In this document: positions 7,211 to 15,797 of the stretch, piece by piece
Layout of the letters: every line of letters starts with the position of its first letter
Numbering within the stretch: position 1 is the first letter of the stretch
Virus record (IMG/VR): IMGVR_UViG_3300011338_000581
Span: 1-27,870 of that record
DNA length: 27,870 nt
DNA from: a virus
Taxonomy: Duplodnaviria; Caudoviricetes
Reading direction: 5' to 3' (one strand)
The notes under the pieces: generated by a model
Database searches by the model: none
The model's input: only the letters and a program-made list of their open reading frames with translations
Told to the model about the DNA's origin: nothing
Position numbers and translations under genes: made by a program

Positions 7211-8383
7211 TTAGACGGCACCCCAACCCTTGCGTTGTCCGATCACCTGCCAAGCGTACGCCATTGCGTCCACCACGTCATCATGCCTGCCAACAGGGAA
7301 GGATAGCAGTTCATCCTGCCAGTAAGGTGGCAGCCCTTCCACGTGTACCACCTGCCCTTGCTCGTACCGTGCTTCCAAAGGCCCAAAGCGGGTCACTTTG
7401 TCACGGTCTGGTCTGATGCCCCGGATAGGCAGTTTCGTGCGCCTCATGAGCTCTTGAACAACAGCGGCCTGATACTGCACCTGCTCAATGCCAATCATGG
7501 TTGGTTTCCACTTATCCGCCATGGCTTCGATGAACCGCAAGACGGAAGCAAAGTCAGCACGGGTACGGTTGACATCCAATACATATATCGTGCCATCCTC
7601 ACCACGGGACAGAGCAACCACAGCGGTGTAGTCTGCTTCCGCCTTGGTAGATATCGCAAGGTCAACACCAAGGTAGACCGGCAAGCCTTCAGGCGCATCG
7701 CCAAAGCGTAGCCACTCCCGCTTGATACGAGCGCCCGCAGCATCCACAAACTCCGCCAGATATTCTTGACGGAACGCTATGCTCGGCAGTGACTCCCCAG
7801 CCTTGTCTACTTCCAGCGGGTCAATCCAAGGGTTAGCTGTGGTAGGCATCTGCCATGACATCCAGTCTGGATCTACAGCGGCCATGGAGTGTAGGGTCTT
7901 GAAGTAGTTGGAGCCTTTAGGCGTGGAAAGAAAGAAAGCATCTCCCCGGTAATCGGTGAGCGTTGGGCGGATGGCTTCAGTCCAGGCTTGCTCTAAGTGC
8001 CTTGCCATTGCCGCCTCATCGATGATAACCCGCTTGTACTTACGGCCACGAGCAACTGTGCTTGGGTCATCAAGCGTCCAGTAATCAATAGCAGCCCCGG
8101 TTATCAGCTCAATGCGTGGTGCCGGTGTCTGCACAGCTCGCCTGATGACGGGCTGGTATATGCGCTTATGGTCGTTGTACGCTTCCTCCAGCAACCTGTA
8201 GGTAGGCGCAAACCAAGCGCACGGCAGACCATCACGCAGTACCGGATCAGATAGCAAGTTACCGCCGAGGGTGGTTTTTCCGAATCTTCTCCCGCAGGCA
8301 AGAACATTGAATCGCTTGGCTTCCCGTAGTATCACCTGCTGGGCTTCGTGTGGCCTTGGCAGAACTAGTCGAATGTCAGGCAA
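7211..8383 (-). CDS. terL: Terminase large subunit
   Basis: Walker A GRRFGKT, Walker B VIIDEAA, motif III STP, FRQEYLAEF, nuclease GVDLA and HDDVVDA. Confidence 0.97.
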   Translation of the reverse strand: MPDIRLVLPRPHEAQQVILREAKRFNVLACGRRFGKTTLGGNLLSDPVLRDGLPCAWFAPTYRLLEEAYNDHKRIYQPVIRRAVQTPAPRIELITGAAIDYWTLDDPSTVARGRKYKRVIIDEAAMARHLEQAWTEAIRPTLTDYRGDAFFLSTPKGSNYFKTLHSMAAVDPDWMSWQMPTTANPWIDPLEVDKAGESLPSIAFRQEYLAEFVDAAGARIKREWLRFGDAPEGLPVYLGVDLAISTKAEADYTAVVALSRGEDGTIYVLDVNRTRADFASVLRFIEAMADKWKPTMIGIEQVQYQAAVVQELMRRTKLPIRGIRPDRDKVTRFGPLEARYEQGQVVHVEGLPPYWQDELLSFPVGRHDDVVDAMAYAWQVIGQRKGWGAV

Positions 8384-9504
8384 GGCTGGTACGCTTTCTC
8401 AGCTGCAAGGATGCGGGCTTTTGCTATCTTGATGTAGTCTGCATCCATCTCGCATCCGATGAAGCGGAAGCCTTCAAGTACAGCACCACGCCCTGTAGAC
8501 CCTGAGCCGGTGAACGGGTCAAGCACGATACCGCCGGGAGGTGTAACCATACGGCACAAGTAACGCATCAGGTCGGTAGGCTTTACGGTTGGGTGGAAGT
8601 TTCGTGCCTCAGAATCGTTGCGCTGGTATGCCGTTTCGTTCCTTGTGTCTCTGCCGTCATGGCTGTACTGCCGTGCTTCCATCATCTCGCACCCATCGTC
8701 CCGGTCTTCCTTGCAGGCTTTAGGCGTGTAGAAAAATCGTGCCGCTTCCCCCATACCGCGCAGGACTTCTTCGCAACCATCATGCAGGACGTTAGCAGGC
8801 CACCTGCCTATGTGTGTGCTTTCCTCGCATCCGTTGAAGCCGCTAACAGGAGCAATGCTGTTGAAACTTCTACCGCGCTCTTTGGCGCAAGTTTTGATTT
8901 CTTCGTCACCTATCCGGCAACCGTCAATGTTGATTGCGCCTGTACCATATGCCTGCACGTTTTCTGCCACCGTGCCTTTGAAGGGCTTCCGTGCCATCGT
9001 TATAGGTTCCATGGCAGGTTTGAGTGCCGTACCCCAGCCCTGCCACTGCTTGGCTTCATCGGTCACTGGTGCTGGTGGTACATAACCTTTTGTTGGAATA
9101 GTCTTACTTATGTTTGGATTGTGGCTAGACCCGGCAACAGTGAAACCCTTGAATTCAGGTTTTAGAATTCCAGCCTGTCTATCAAATCCTTTGCTGACAT
9201 TCAATGACTTAGGGAACCCAGAGCCATACATCCATGCAATCATGTCCCGAATCTCAAACCCTGCATCTTCGATTCGTACCGCCATGCGGTGTTGTGTACG
9301 TGTCCCTGCAAACGCCAGCAGGTAACCTCCGGGCTTTAGTATCCGTAGGCATTGCTCCCATATCTCAACGCCTGGAACGTCATAGTCCCACCGCTTACCC
9401 ATGAAGGATAACCCGTACGGCGGATCCGTTACAACCGCATCAACGGAAGCGTCCGGCATGGTTCGTAAGATGTCTAAGCAGTTGCCGTGGTGTAGCTCAT
9501 GCAT
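8365..9504 (-). CDS. DNA N6-adenine/N4-cytosine methyltransferase (beta class)
   Basis: N-terminal DPPY catalytic motif, HPTVKP, and C-terminal LDPFTGSGSTG SAM-binding motif. Confidence 0.95.
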   Translation of the reverse strand: MHELHHGNCLDILRTMPDASVDAVVTDPPYGLSFMGKRWDYDVPGVEIWEQCLRILKPGGYLLAFAGTRTQHRMAVRIEDAGFEIRDMIAWMYGSGFPKSLNVSKGFDRQAGILKPEFKGFTVAGSSHNPNISKTIPTKGYVPPAPVTDEAKQWQGWGTALKPAMEPITMARKPFKGTVAENVQAYGTGAINIDGCRIGDEEIKTCAKERGRSFNSIAPVSGFNGCEESTHIGRWPANVLHDGCEEVLRGMGEAARFFYTPKACKEDRDDGCEMMEARQYSHDGRDTRNETAYQRNDSEARNFHPTVKPTDLMRYLCRMVTPPGGIVLDPFTGSGSTGRGAVLEGFRFIGCEMDADYIKIAKARILAAEKAYQPCLTFD

Positions 9505-9856
9505 TCGGTTTGTCTGCGTACTCCACGATGACCTTTACCGGGCTTCCGTCTGCCCCGGTCTGTTCTACCCTGCTAGACCACTCGGCCTTGTGCTTACGTT
9601 CAAGCCACCATGCCGCCGCTTGCCATGTCGTGTCAGCTGCTTTTTGAATGATGGCAACATTGCGTACCTCGGCATCGGACTCTGCCTTTTTAACAGCATC
9701 CGCAAATTCCGAATGGCTACGCAGCCAGTTTGCAAATGTGTCTTCGGAGATGCCTGCATATCCGCAGGATGCTCGGCGTGTATTGCCCGCTCTCAATGCT
9801 TGAATAATGCGGTCGGTTGTTTCCTGACCATACTTGGAAACTTTACCTGCCATCAT
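9497..9856 (-). CDS. terS: Probable terminase small subunit
   Basis: N-terminal HTH (ASCGYAGISEDTFANW), WQAAAWWLER, C-terminal TGADGSPV; lies upstream of terL. Confidence 0.7.
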   Translation of the reverse strand: MMAGKVSKYGQETTDRIIQALRAGNTRRASCGYAGISEDTFANWLRSHSEFADAVKKAESDAEVRNVAIIQKAADTTWQAAAWWLERKHKAEWSSRVEQTGADGSPVKVIVEYADKPNA

Positions 9857-10898
9857 TAGCCTCCAGTTTGTCCAGCCATTGCCATTGAATCTGCTCAGCG
9901 ATACGAGCCGTCATTACAGGAGGAACAGACATCCCGATTACATACTTTGGATGTGCATCCATGAAGTCGTAGTCTTGCGGAAACGTACCGCAGCACTTCA
10001 GTTCCCTGACACTCATAAATCTATTCCCATACACAACAGCAAGTGAATTGCCGTTTGATGCGGCAATGGTATTGCAGACATCATAGTCGTGTATAAAGAT
10101 TGAGTTGAAGTTTGATGTTTTACCTGTCAGACGCACATTTACATCAGCATATGACTTATCAGTTGATTGCCTATGCTTCCAAACATTCAAATCATATGCA
10201 GTCGGTTCTTTATATTGCCCGTCACCTTCGCGCCTTACTTGCCCAAAAGTAATAGGCTTATCATCAAAGTTGCACTTGAGTGCCGGAAGGTTTAAATCTG
10301 AGCGTCGAGCAATGAAAAACGAACGTTGCCGCTTCTGGGGAACTCCCATTGATGCTGCATTGAAAAGAAATACTTGAAGGTCATAACCTGCATCTTTGAA
10401 AGCTGCTTGTATTTCCTTTACGTAACCTTTAGCAGCGCCTTTGAGTAGACCGCTGACGTTCTCAGCCACTGCAACTTTAGGTCGTAGGCGCTTCACTAAA
10501 GCAATGTATTCAAAGAACAAATCATCAAGCCGTTGTTTTGCTTGACCTTCCCGGAATACTTTTTCTTTGCCCCAGTCTTTTTCACGATTACCAGCCGTGC
10601 TGAATGATGAGCATGGAGGCGAACCATCAAGGATGTCAAGGTTAAAGAGTTCAAGCGGGAGGTCTTCCCGCTTTCTAAACACTCGGATATCTTCTAAGAA
10701 CACCATCTTAGGGTTGTGATTCTTTTTGTATATCCTTGCCATCTGCGGATCAATCTCACAGATACCAAGCATTTCATATCCTGCTAACTTGTAGCCCATT
10801 GTAGATCCACCGCCACAAGCAAAAGTGCTAAAGACTTTGTAGCCGTTGCGAGGCATGATGTAGCCATCGGCTAGATTCCATTCATACGGATATTTCAT
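9843..10898 (-). CDS. DNA (cytosine-5) methyltransferase
   Basis: Motif I FACGGG, IV GSPPC, VI ENV, VIII QKRQR and X GMSVPP. Confidence 0.95.
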   Translation of the reverse strand: MKYPYEWNLADGYIMPRNGYKVFSTFACGGGSTMGYKLAGYEMLGICEIDPQMARIYKKNHNPKMVFLEDIRVFRKREDLPLELFNLDILDGSPPCSSFSTAGNREKDWGKEKVFREGQAKQRLDDLFFEYIALVKRLRPKVAVAENVSGLLKGAAKGYVKEIQAAFKDAGYDLQVFLFNAASMGVPQKRQRSFFIARRSDLNLPALKCNFDDKPITFGQVRREGDGQYKEPTAYDLNVWKHRQSTDKSYADVNVRLTGKTSNFNSIFIHDYDVCNTIAASNGNSLAVVYGNRFMSVRELKCCGTFPQDYDFMDAHPKYVIGMSVPPVMTARIAEQIQWQWLDKLEANDGR

Positions 10899-11416
10899 GG
10901 CTCAAACTCGAATCCACAACGAGGGCAAGACACAGCATCATCAGATAAGAGTTCATCTGGATCTATTTCTTTATTCGTTGCCTCGTAATCATCAACAGGT
11001 CCAGTAAGTGAACCTATCAAAGCATCGAGGTCATCTGCCGAGTATCCCGTACCATCAAGCCCTATCTGCGTATTGGAAAGTTCAGCCAGTATGTCGGTAA
11101 TCTTGGTTGTGTCATCTTGCCCGATGCGTGTTGTGCGGTTGTCAACTACAAGGATTCTCAGCTCTTCTTCGGGTGTAACGTCAACCCACTGCACAGGTAC
11201 GGTTTCCCATCCTAGAGCCTTTGCAGCCATCACCCTATGATTTCCCGCTAGGATGTGCTTAGTGGTCAGGTTAGCCACTACAGAGCCGTACCAACCATTG
11301 ACTGCTAGTGACTTCTTGATGGCATCTACATCACCGTGGTTAGCGTTGCGTGGATGATGCTTGAGCAGGTCAATAGCGACCTGCTCAATCTCCTTGTTGA
11401 TAACTCTATTTGCCAA
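10895..11416 (-). CDS. ParB/Sulfiredoxin-like domain protein with a C-terminal CxxC
   Basis: LKHHPRNAN, ILAGNHRVMAAKALG, DNR and CPRCG; TTG start with a GGAGATA RBS. Confidence 0.88.
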   Translation of the reverse strand: MANRVINKEIEQVAIDLLKHHPRNANHGDVDAIKKSLAVNGWYGSVVANLTTKHILAGNHRVMAAKALGWETVPVQWVDVTPEEELRILVVDNRTTRIGQDDTTKITDILAELSNTQIGLDGTGYSADDLDALIGSLTGPVDDYEATNKEIDPDELLSDDAVSCPRCGFEFEP

Positions 11417-11594
11417 GATTGGTATCTATCTCCTTCGCGGTTTCCCATACAAGGGCATCCCGCATCTGTTGTTCACTGATGCCTTGCTTTCGAGCCATCT
11501 TCCTCACATCGTTATACAGCCATCTAGTGTACATTTCGTTGTACACGGCAAGGCATCCCGCACCAAGCAGGACACCGAGTGCAAAGAGAATCAT
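11406..11594 (-). CDS. Small membrane-anchored hypothetical protein
   Basis: Start MILFALG by ATGA overlap at 11594; N-terminal hydrophobic helix. Confidence 0.65.
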   Translation of the reverse strand: MILFALGVLLGAGCLAVYNEMYTRWLYNDVRKMARKQGISEQQMRDALVWETAKEIDTNLGK

Positions 11595-11809
11595 CGGTTC
11601 ACCGTCCAATATGGGAGACGCTTATCAGCCGTAACGCGGCATCTTTCAACGATTACTTCTAATGTCTTTTCTCTTGAATCTTTTGTTATGCAAGCTACGA
11701 GTGCCATAAGGTAAAACCGGCACTTATTCACAATCTTAGACCACACCCACCAAGTAAGCGCACCAAGGCAAAGACTTTGCATATCAACTTGTGTAAAGTC
11801 CATCATCAT
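11591..11809 (-). CDS. Small hypothetical membrane protein
   Basis: ATGA-coupled at both ends; hydrophobic LCLGALTWWVW. Confidence 0.55.
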   Translation of the reverse strand: MMMDFTQVDMQSLCLGALTWWVWSKIVNKCRFYLMALVACITKDSREKTLEVIVERCRVTADKRLPYWTVNR

Positions 11810-12051
11810 TTGGTTTCTTCCCATATCGGTTCCCCGGTAATCGGATTGTACTTACCAATCATCCAGTCATCGGCGAATAGGTCACCAGCGGTAAGCCAGA
11901 TGACCGAGTTGTTTTCCTTGACCTCTGTACCCTCTGCAACGCTGAACACGTCCCAAAGTTCACTAAAGCGGAAGTGTAGCCCCTCTGGCCAGAAAGCCCG
12001 CCGTATGGGCTTCTCAGCGAGCAGGGCATCTAGTGCCTGGTTGTATTTCAT
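11806..12051 (-). CDS. DUF2829 / Tad2-like protein (copy 3)
   Basis: MKYNQALDALLAEKPIRRAFW...WLTAGDLFADDWMI fits the family pattern M.F..AL..LK.G..V.R..W...D.LA.DW.I. Confidence 0.72.
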   Translation of the reverse strand: MKYNQALDALLAEKPIRRAFWPEGLHFRFSELWDVFSVAEGTEVKENNSVIWLTAGDLFADDWMIGKYNPITGEPIWEETK

Positions 12052-12284
12052 TCTTTATCTCCCCAAGTCGCATCACCCGTCACCGGGTTGAAGCGTCCGA
12101 CAATCCAATCATCTGCCAGCAGGTCTGCCCCGGTAATCAAGCATGAAGCGTTTATGCATTCAATATCCTGCCCGCTAAACCCCATCCACATCTCACTAAA
12201 ACGGAGTAGCCGGTACTTATCCCATGCTAGCCGCCGGATAGGCCTGCCGAACTTCAGAGCCGTAAAGGCTTCCTCGATTCTCAC
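12048..12284 (-). CDS. DUF2829 / Tad2-like protein (copy 2)
   Basis: GTG start at 12284 (GTGA overlap). EAFTALKFGRPIRRLAW...ITGADLLADDWIV. Confidence 0.72.
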   Translation of the reverse strand: MRIEEAFTALKFGRPIRRLAWDKYRLLRFSEMWMGFSGQDIECINASCLITGADLLADDWIVGRFNPVTGDATWGDKE

Positions 12285-12712
12285 TTTACTATCACCCAAT
12301 CAGCTGCCATTATGTCAGCACCACGAAAGTAAGCAGGCCCGGCATGGTGCCGGTTTCCTGCACCGTCGAGTTTATACATAACCAACTGCCCGTGACTGAT
12401 GGCGTAGTGAAGCCTAGCGCCATCCCTGCAAAGGTATCTGCCTTCTTTAAGGTGAACCATTGCCCCGCTGAAAGACATCCGGCATTGCGGGTGCTTGGTC
12501 TCAGGTGCAAAGGCAGCAATCGGAGCGGTACACAGTTGCTGGTATCCAAGGCTTGTAGCGTAAGCGTGTAGCTCAGGGTTACGGATCCACTTCTCGACGC
12601 TCTGCCGCCTAACGATGCTGTCAGCGTTAGACCAGTTGCCGGTCTCGCTAAAGATTTCCATCGCTTGCCGGATGCGCTCTTTCTTCTCTTCGAGACTAAA
12701 CGCTAGCGCCAT
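12281..12712 (-). CDS. HTH-like N-terminal domain fused to a DUF2829 / Tad2-like domain (copy 1)
   Basis: N-terminal FSLEEK...VRRQSVEKWIR resembles an IS-type HTH. C-terminal MSFSGAMVHLKEGRYLCRDG...ADIMAADWVIV. Confidence 0.68.
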   Translation of the reverse strand: MALAFSLEEKKERIRQAMEIFSETGNWSNADSIVRRQSVEKWIRNPELHAYATSLGYQQLCTAPIAAFAPETKHPQCRMSFSGAMVHLKEGRYLCRDGARLHYAISHGQLVMYKLDGAGNRHHAGPAYFRGADIMAADWVIVK

Positions 12713-12935
12713 TATTTATCTCCTCGGCTTCCTTGGCTATGCGATCCGCAAAGGCCACATCTTTGGTTGCCACGTAAGCCATGTACCAGAGCGCCTTGAT
12801 GGCATCGTCTGTAGCCGTTCCCTTGTGTGGGCATCGTTGCAGGTATTTGACAACGTTCCCTGCAGCAAAGTCCAGCCCCCAGTCGTCTATGACGCTGAGG
12901 GCTTGAATCTTGGTTGTTCGGTAATGACCGGTCAA
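12696..12935 (-). CDS. DUF3310 (SaV-like) protein
   Basis: HY...I....VI...F..GNVVKYL.R..HKG...DD..KALWY. Confidence 0.88.
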   Translation of the reverse strand: MTGHYRTTKIQALSVIDDWGLDFAAGNVVKYLQRCPHKGTATDDAIKALWYMAYVATKDVAFADRIAKEAEEINNGASV

Positions 12936-13273
12936 ACCGCCACCGCTTTGCTCTGTTTAGACATCATGCGATCGATGTTGTAGCTCACTGCCCAGATGTC
13001 AGCAAGCACGTCGGCTACCTTCAGGTTGCCAATCCAGAATGGATTCTGAATACAATCGCCGAACCAGTTATTGCAGTCAAAGATGCCGGTGTCTTCACCG
13101 GTCATAGCAACCATCAGGTGCAGGTCACCCTTGGTCATATGAATCTCGCTATGGTCGCTTGATACCTGAATCTGCAGCGGGCAATCGATTACACCGAAAG
13201 GCTCAACCCGGTTGATGGTCTGCTGTGCAAGGTCGGTTATAACCTCAGCGATTGTCTTAGTTGTTTCTGTCAT
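12932..13273 (-). CDS. Hypothetical protein
   Basis: Start MTETTK at 13273 after a GGAGATA RBS (13279-13285). Confidence 0.7.
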   Translation of the reverse strand: MTETTKTIAEVITDLAQQTINRVEPFGVIDCPLQIQVSSDHSEIHMTKGDLHLMVAMTGEDTGIFDCNNWFGDCIQNPFWIGNLKVADVLADIWAVSYNIDRMMSKQSKAVAV

Positions 13274-13294
13274 CTTTTTATCTCCCAAAGTAAC

Positions 13295-13348
13295 TGGGGA
13301 GGCTTTCACCTCCCCATCGAATATATACCCGTATCTACTCGCCTTCAA
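13295..13348 (-). promoter_or_regulatory. Putative promoter (TTGAAG-17-TATATT) followed by a GC hairpin
   Basis: -35 at 13343-13348, -10 at 13320-13325. TGGGGAGG-TGAAAG-CCTCCCCA at 13295-13316 is either a 5' stabiliser or a weak terminator. Confidence 0.55.
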
Positions 13349-13826
13349 ACGGATCCGAAATGTCATCAACCACTACAGCCTTGCGGAGCGGTTTTGTAGC
13401 TGCAACCTTTACCGGTTTCACGGTTTCGATCATGTTGGTGTATTCACCGTTGAGTTTTTGCCGTGTACCGACTACAACCTGCCATTGACCAGATTTGAGT
13501 GCGTTGATGTCAAGTGCGGCATATTGGTTACGGTCAAGGTGCTTGCCGAGCATCGAGTCTAAAAGAATCGTGAGCTTGGCTTTTTCATTGCCGTATGCGG
13601 TCTTTGTAAACTGGACAAACCGGAAGGGTTGCCCGTCATCATCGCCTACCTCGGTAGTCTCAAAAACAAACTTGTAGTTTGCTTCCAGGACTGTCGGATC
13701 ATCAAACGATTTGCCTTGTACTGCTTCGATGTCAATCAAGGCGCAGATGTAAACACCTGACTCAGCGACTGAGAACTTCTTACCAGTTCCTTCGCTGTAC
13801 GAACCATGCTGTGCAAAGAATCCCAT
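13335..13826 (-). CDS. Probable phage ssDNA-binding (OB-fold) protein
   Basis: G.Y...LIDI....G...F, K.KL..LL.S.LG and an acidic DDISDPFEGE tail; replication-module context. Confidence 0.6.
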   Translation of the reverse strand: MGFFAQHGSYSEGTGKKFSVAESGVYICALIDIEAVQGKSFDDPTVLEANYKFVFETTEVGDDDGQPFRFVQFTKTAYGNEKAKLTILLDSMLGKHLDRNQYAALDINALKSGQWQVVVGTRQKLNGEYTNMIETVKPVKVAATKPLRKAVVVDDISDPFEGE

Positions 13827-13875
13827 TACTTACTCCTTCGAGCCATCCGGCTCTTCACGGCACTATTGCCACATC

Positions 13876-13905
13876 AATATATACCCTAGCGGTATAAAGT
13901 GTCAA
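13876..13905 (-). promoter_or_regulatory. Sigma70-type promoter with a TATAC-N7-GTATA operator
   Basis: TTGACA (13900-13905)-18-TATATT (13876-13881); palindrome at 13880-13896. Confidence 0.72.
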
Positions 13906-13908
13906 ACA

Positions 13909-14280
13909 TTATTTTGTGATTCGCATTTGCGGCACTTCAAGGTCTCCATAAATCCATGTTGGATATGGAGTATTTTCACCAATCTCATGTGTCTCTGGAA
14001 TCATCAAAAACTCGTCATACATCAAACTATCAAGACGGCAGAACGAACCACGAGCGCCATCGCACTCAACCATCAGGACGGTGTCTCCATCAAGTACTAG
14101 ATGTGTTTCAAAGTCTCGCCGCATTGCCCAGCGGTGCAAAGCCAAGCGGCCACCAGCTTCAAGCCAAGCAATAGCCAAGTCAAGCAGGTATTCGTACTTT
14201 TTGCCGTTCTGCTTACGATCCAGTTCAGCACGTTGTTTCAGCTGACTCCATGTCAAAAACTCAAGATCCATTGTTTTCAT
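13909..14280 (-). CDS. Hypothetical protein, 123 aa
   Basis: ORF in operon orientation with no recognisable motif. Confidence 0.6.
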   Translation of the reverse strand: MKTMDLEFLTWSQLKQRAELDRKQNGKKYEYLLDLAIAWLEAGGRLALHRWAMRRDFETHLVLDGDTVLMVECDGARGSFCRLDSLMYDEFLMIPETHEIGENTPYPTWIYGDLEVPQMRITK

Positions 14281-14289
14281 TCTTTCTAG

Positions 14290-14445
14290 GCGATGCAGTT
14301 CCCCGCTTCATGCGGGGGAACTGTTTCGCTCTTTTAACTACCCCTCCAGCCCTCTGTTTCGGGCTGGGGGGAGAGAGTCTGAGAGAGGGGGGATTTATCA
14401 CCTGTTCCATTTCTCTATACTTAAGAGGAACGGGTCAAGGGAACA
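14290..14445. other. Non-coding multi-hairpin region, candidate replication origin
   Basis: Three inverted repeats and recurring GGAAC/GTTCC immediately downstream of the helicase. Confidence 0.45.
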
Positions 14446-14447
14446 CG

Positions 14448-15797
14448 TCAAAACATACTAAACGGGCTGTAGTATTTGGCTCCTCTCTGGCCACTTGTAG
14501 CCTTCAACATTGATTCATTTTCCAAGCCTTGCAGTGCCTTGACTACATCGGCTTTACGCTTCTTGATGCCTTCAGATATCTGCTGGCTGGTCTGTCCCGG
14601 CTTCTCTGAGATGTAGTCCAGGATAGCTTGTTCGAGTGTCTTTTCTTCCTTGCCATCTATCCGCCTGATTTCTAAATCTGTTTCAGAGTTGGCATGAATC
14701 CGGAACTCGAAGTTTAGTTGATTCTCAAATGGGCTACGCCGTTGCTTCACGGTCTTGACCGTGTAGTGTCCTTCCTTGTTTTCGATTGACAGCACGGTTT
14801 CTGCCTGCGCGGCTATCTCTACTGCCCCACGCATACTTTCGTGCCCCAGTGAGCCCGTAGCGCCCTTACGGGCATGGTGTAGAACCACCAGCGCCGCACC
14901 TGCATCCGTTATCTTTTTGAAGTGCTGGTAAAGTTGCGACATTTCCGAGTTGCTATTCTCATCAAGGTTGTGTACCCGGACGAAAGTATCAACGATGACA
15001 ATGTCTATACCCTTCTCCTTGACAAAGTCTACGATGTCGATAAGGTCATCCGGATCCGTAAACTTTATGTTCTCATTGACGAATGAATGCAGCCCTCGGC
15101 AAGCATCCGGATAGAGCAAGTGAAACCTGTTGTTGTACTCACCTACGCCCATCTCTTCATTGACATATAGAATCTTTGATACGACGCAGGGAGCAAGGCT
15201 CATCCACATTCCGCCACACTGAGCAGCTCGCACAAGGTCTGCCGCCATCCAAGACTTACCGCTACTTGGTGGGCCTGCAAAGTAATGGATGGCTTGCCGT
15301 GCTATGACGTGCGGGACAATCCACTCGGTATCCCGGCTCTTAGCCGCTTCCTCCTGGAGTCTGTCCCAGTCCCAAGGTATCTTTTTCTTGCGTGGTTCTT
15401 TCACCTCTACCGCCTTAGCGCGGTCTGCTAGTAAGTCCTTAACGGCTACCTCTTTCGTGTACATCTCGCGTACGCTTAGTGACCATTCAGCCCAAGCGCG
15501 GGAAACCTTGTCTTCGACTTCATGCGGAAGGAGCGGCGGATCGCAATGCTTTAGGTTCCAGTCCTGAGCGAATGAAACCGCTAGGTCATAGTGAAACTGT
15601 CGCTCCCGCAGATAGCCAACCATCGCGGTAACGGCATTGTCTCTGCCGCCATAAGGCCCGCCACCTTCCGGATGTTGCTGCATAAGCTTATGATGCGTGT
15701 ATTCAGCATCGGAAGCGCTGCCGTTGTACTCACCACGCTCTGCCCGTGGCTTACGCTTTGGAGTAGCGTCTAACTCGTCAAACCATTCATCTGCCAA
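14448..15797 (-). CDS. PriCT-1 + AAA_25 (RepA/SF4-like) helicase with a C-terminal HTH
   Basis: GGRDNA..AMVGYL...WN...CDPPL (PriCT), Walker A GPPSSGKS, Walker B IVIVDT, DENSN, LHHARK and RG. Likely TTG start at 15797. Confidence 0.88.
   Translation of the reverse strand: MADEWFDELDATPKRKPRAERGEYNGSASDAEYTHHKLMQQHPEGGGPYGGRDNAVTAMVGYLRERQFHYDLAVSFAQDWNLKHCDPPLLPHEVEDKVSRAWAEWSLSVREMYTKEVAVKDLLADRAKAVEVKEPRKKKIPWDWDRLQEEAAKSRDTEWIVPHVIARQAIHYFAGPPSSGKSWMAADLVRAAQCGGMWMSLAPCVVSKILYVNEEMGVGEYNNRFHLLYPDACRGLHSFVNENIKFTDPDDLIDIVDFVKEKGIDIVIVDTFVRVHNLDENSNSEMSQLYQHFKKITDAGAALVVLHHARKGATGSLGHESMRGAVEIAAQAETVLSIENKEGHYTVKTVKQRRSPFENQLNFEFRIHANSETDLEIRRIDGKEEKTLEQAILDYISEKPGQTSQQISEGIKKRKADVVKALQGLENESMLKATSGQRGAKYYSPFSMF

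Noticed and set aside
2111-9165. Long + strand ORFs (e.g. 2111-2644, 5203-5898, 8593-9165)
   Set aside because: Antisense shadows of well-supported minus-strand genes, with no motifs or RBS.
8365-10898. Restriction-modification system
   Set aside because: No adjacent endonuclease. VRR-NUC is in the replication module and is better explained as a resolvase.
11041-11049. AGTATCCCG partial match to the late motif
   Set aside because: Inside the ParB-like CDS, lacks the TGTG part and has no ATG 6 nt downstream.
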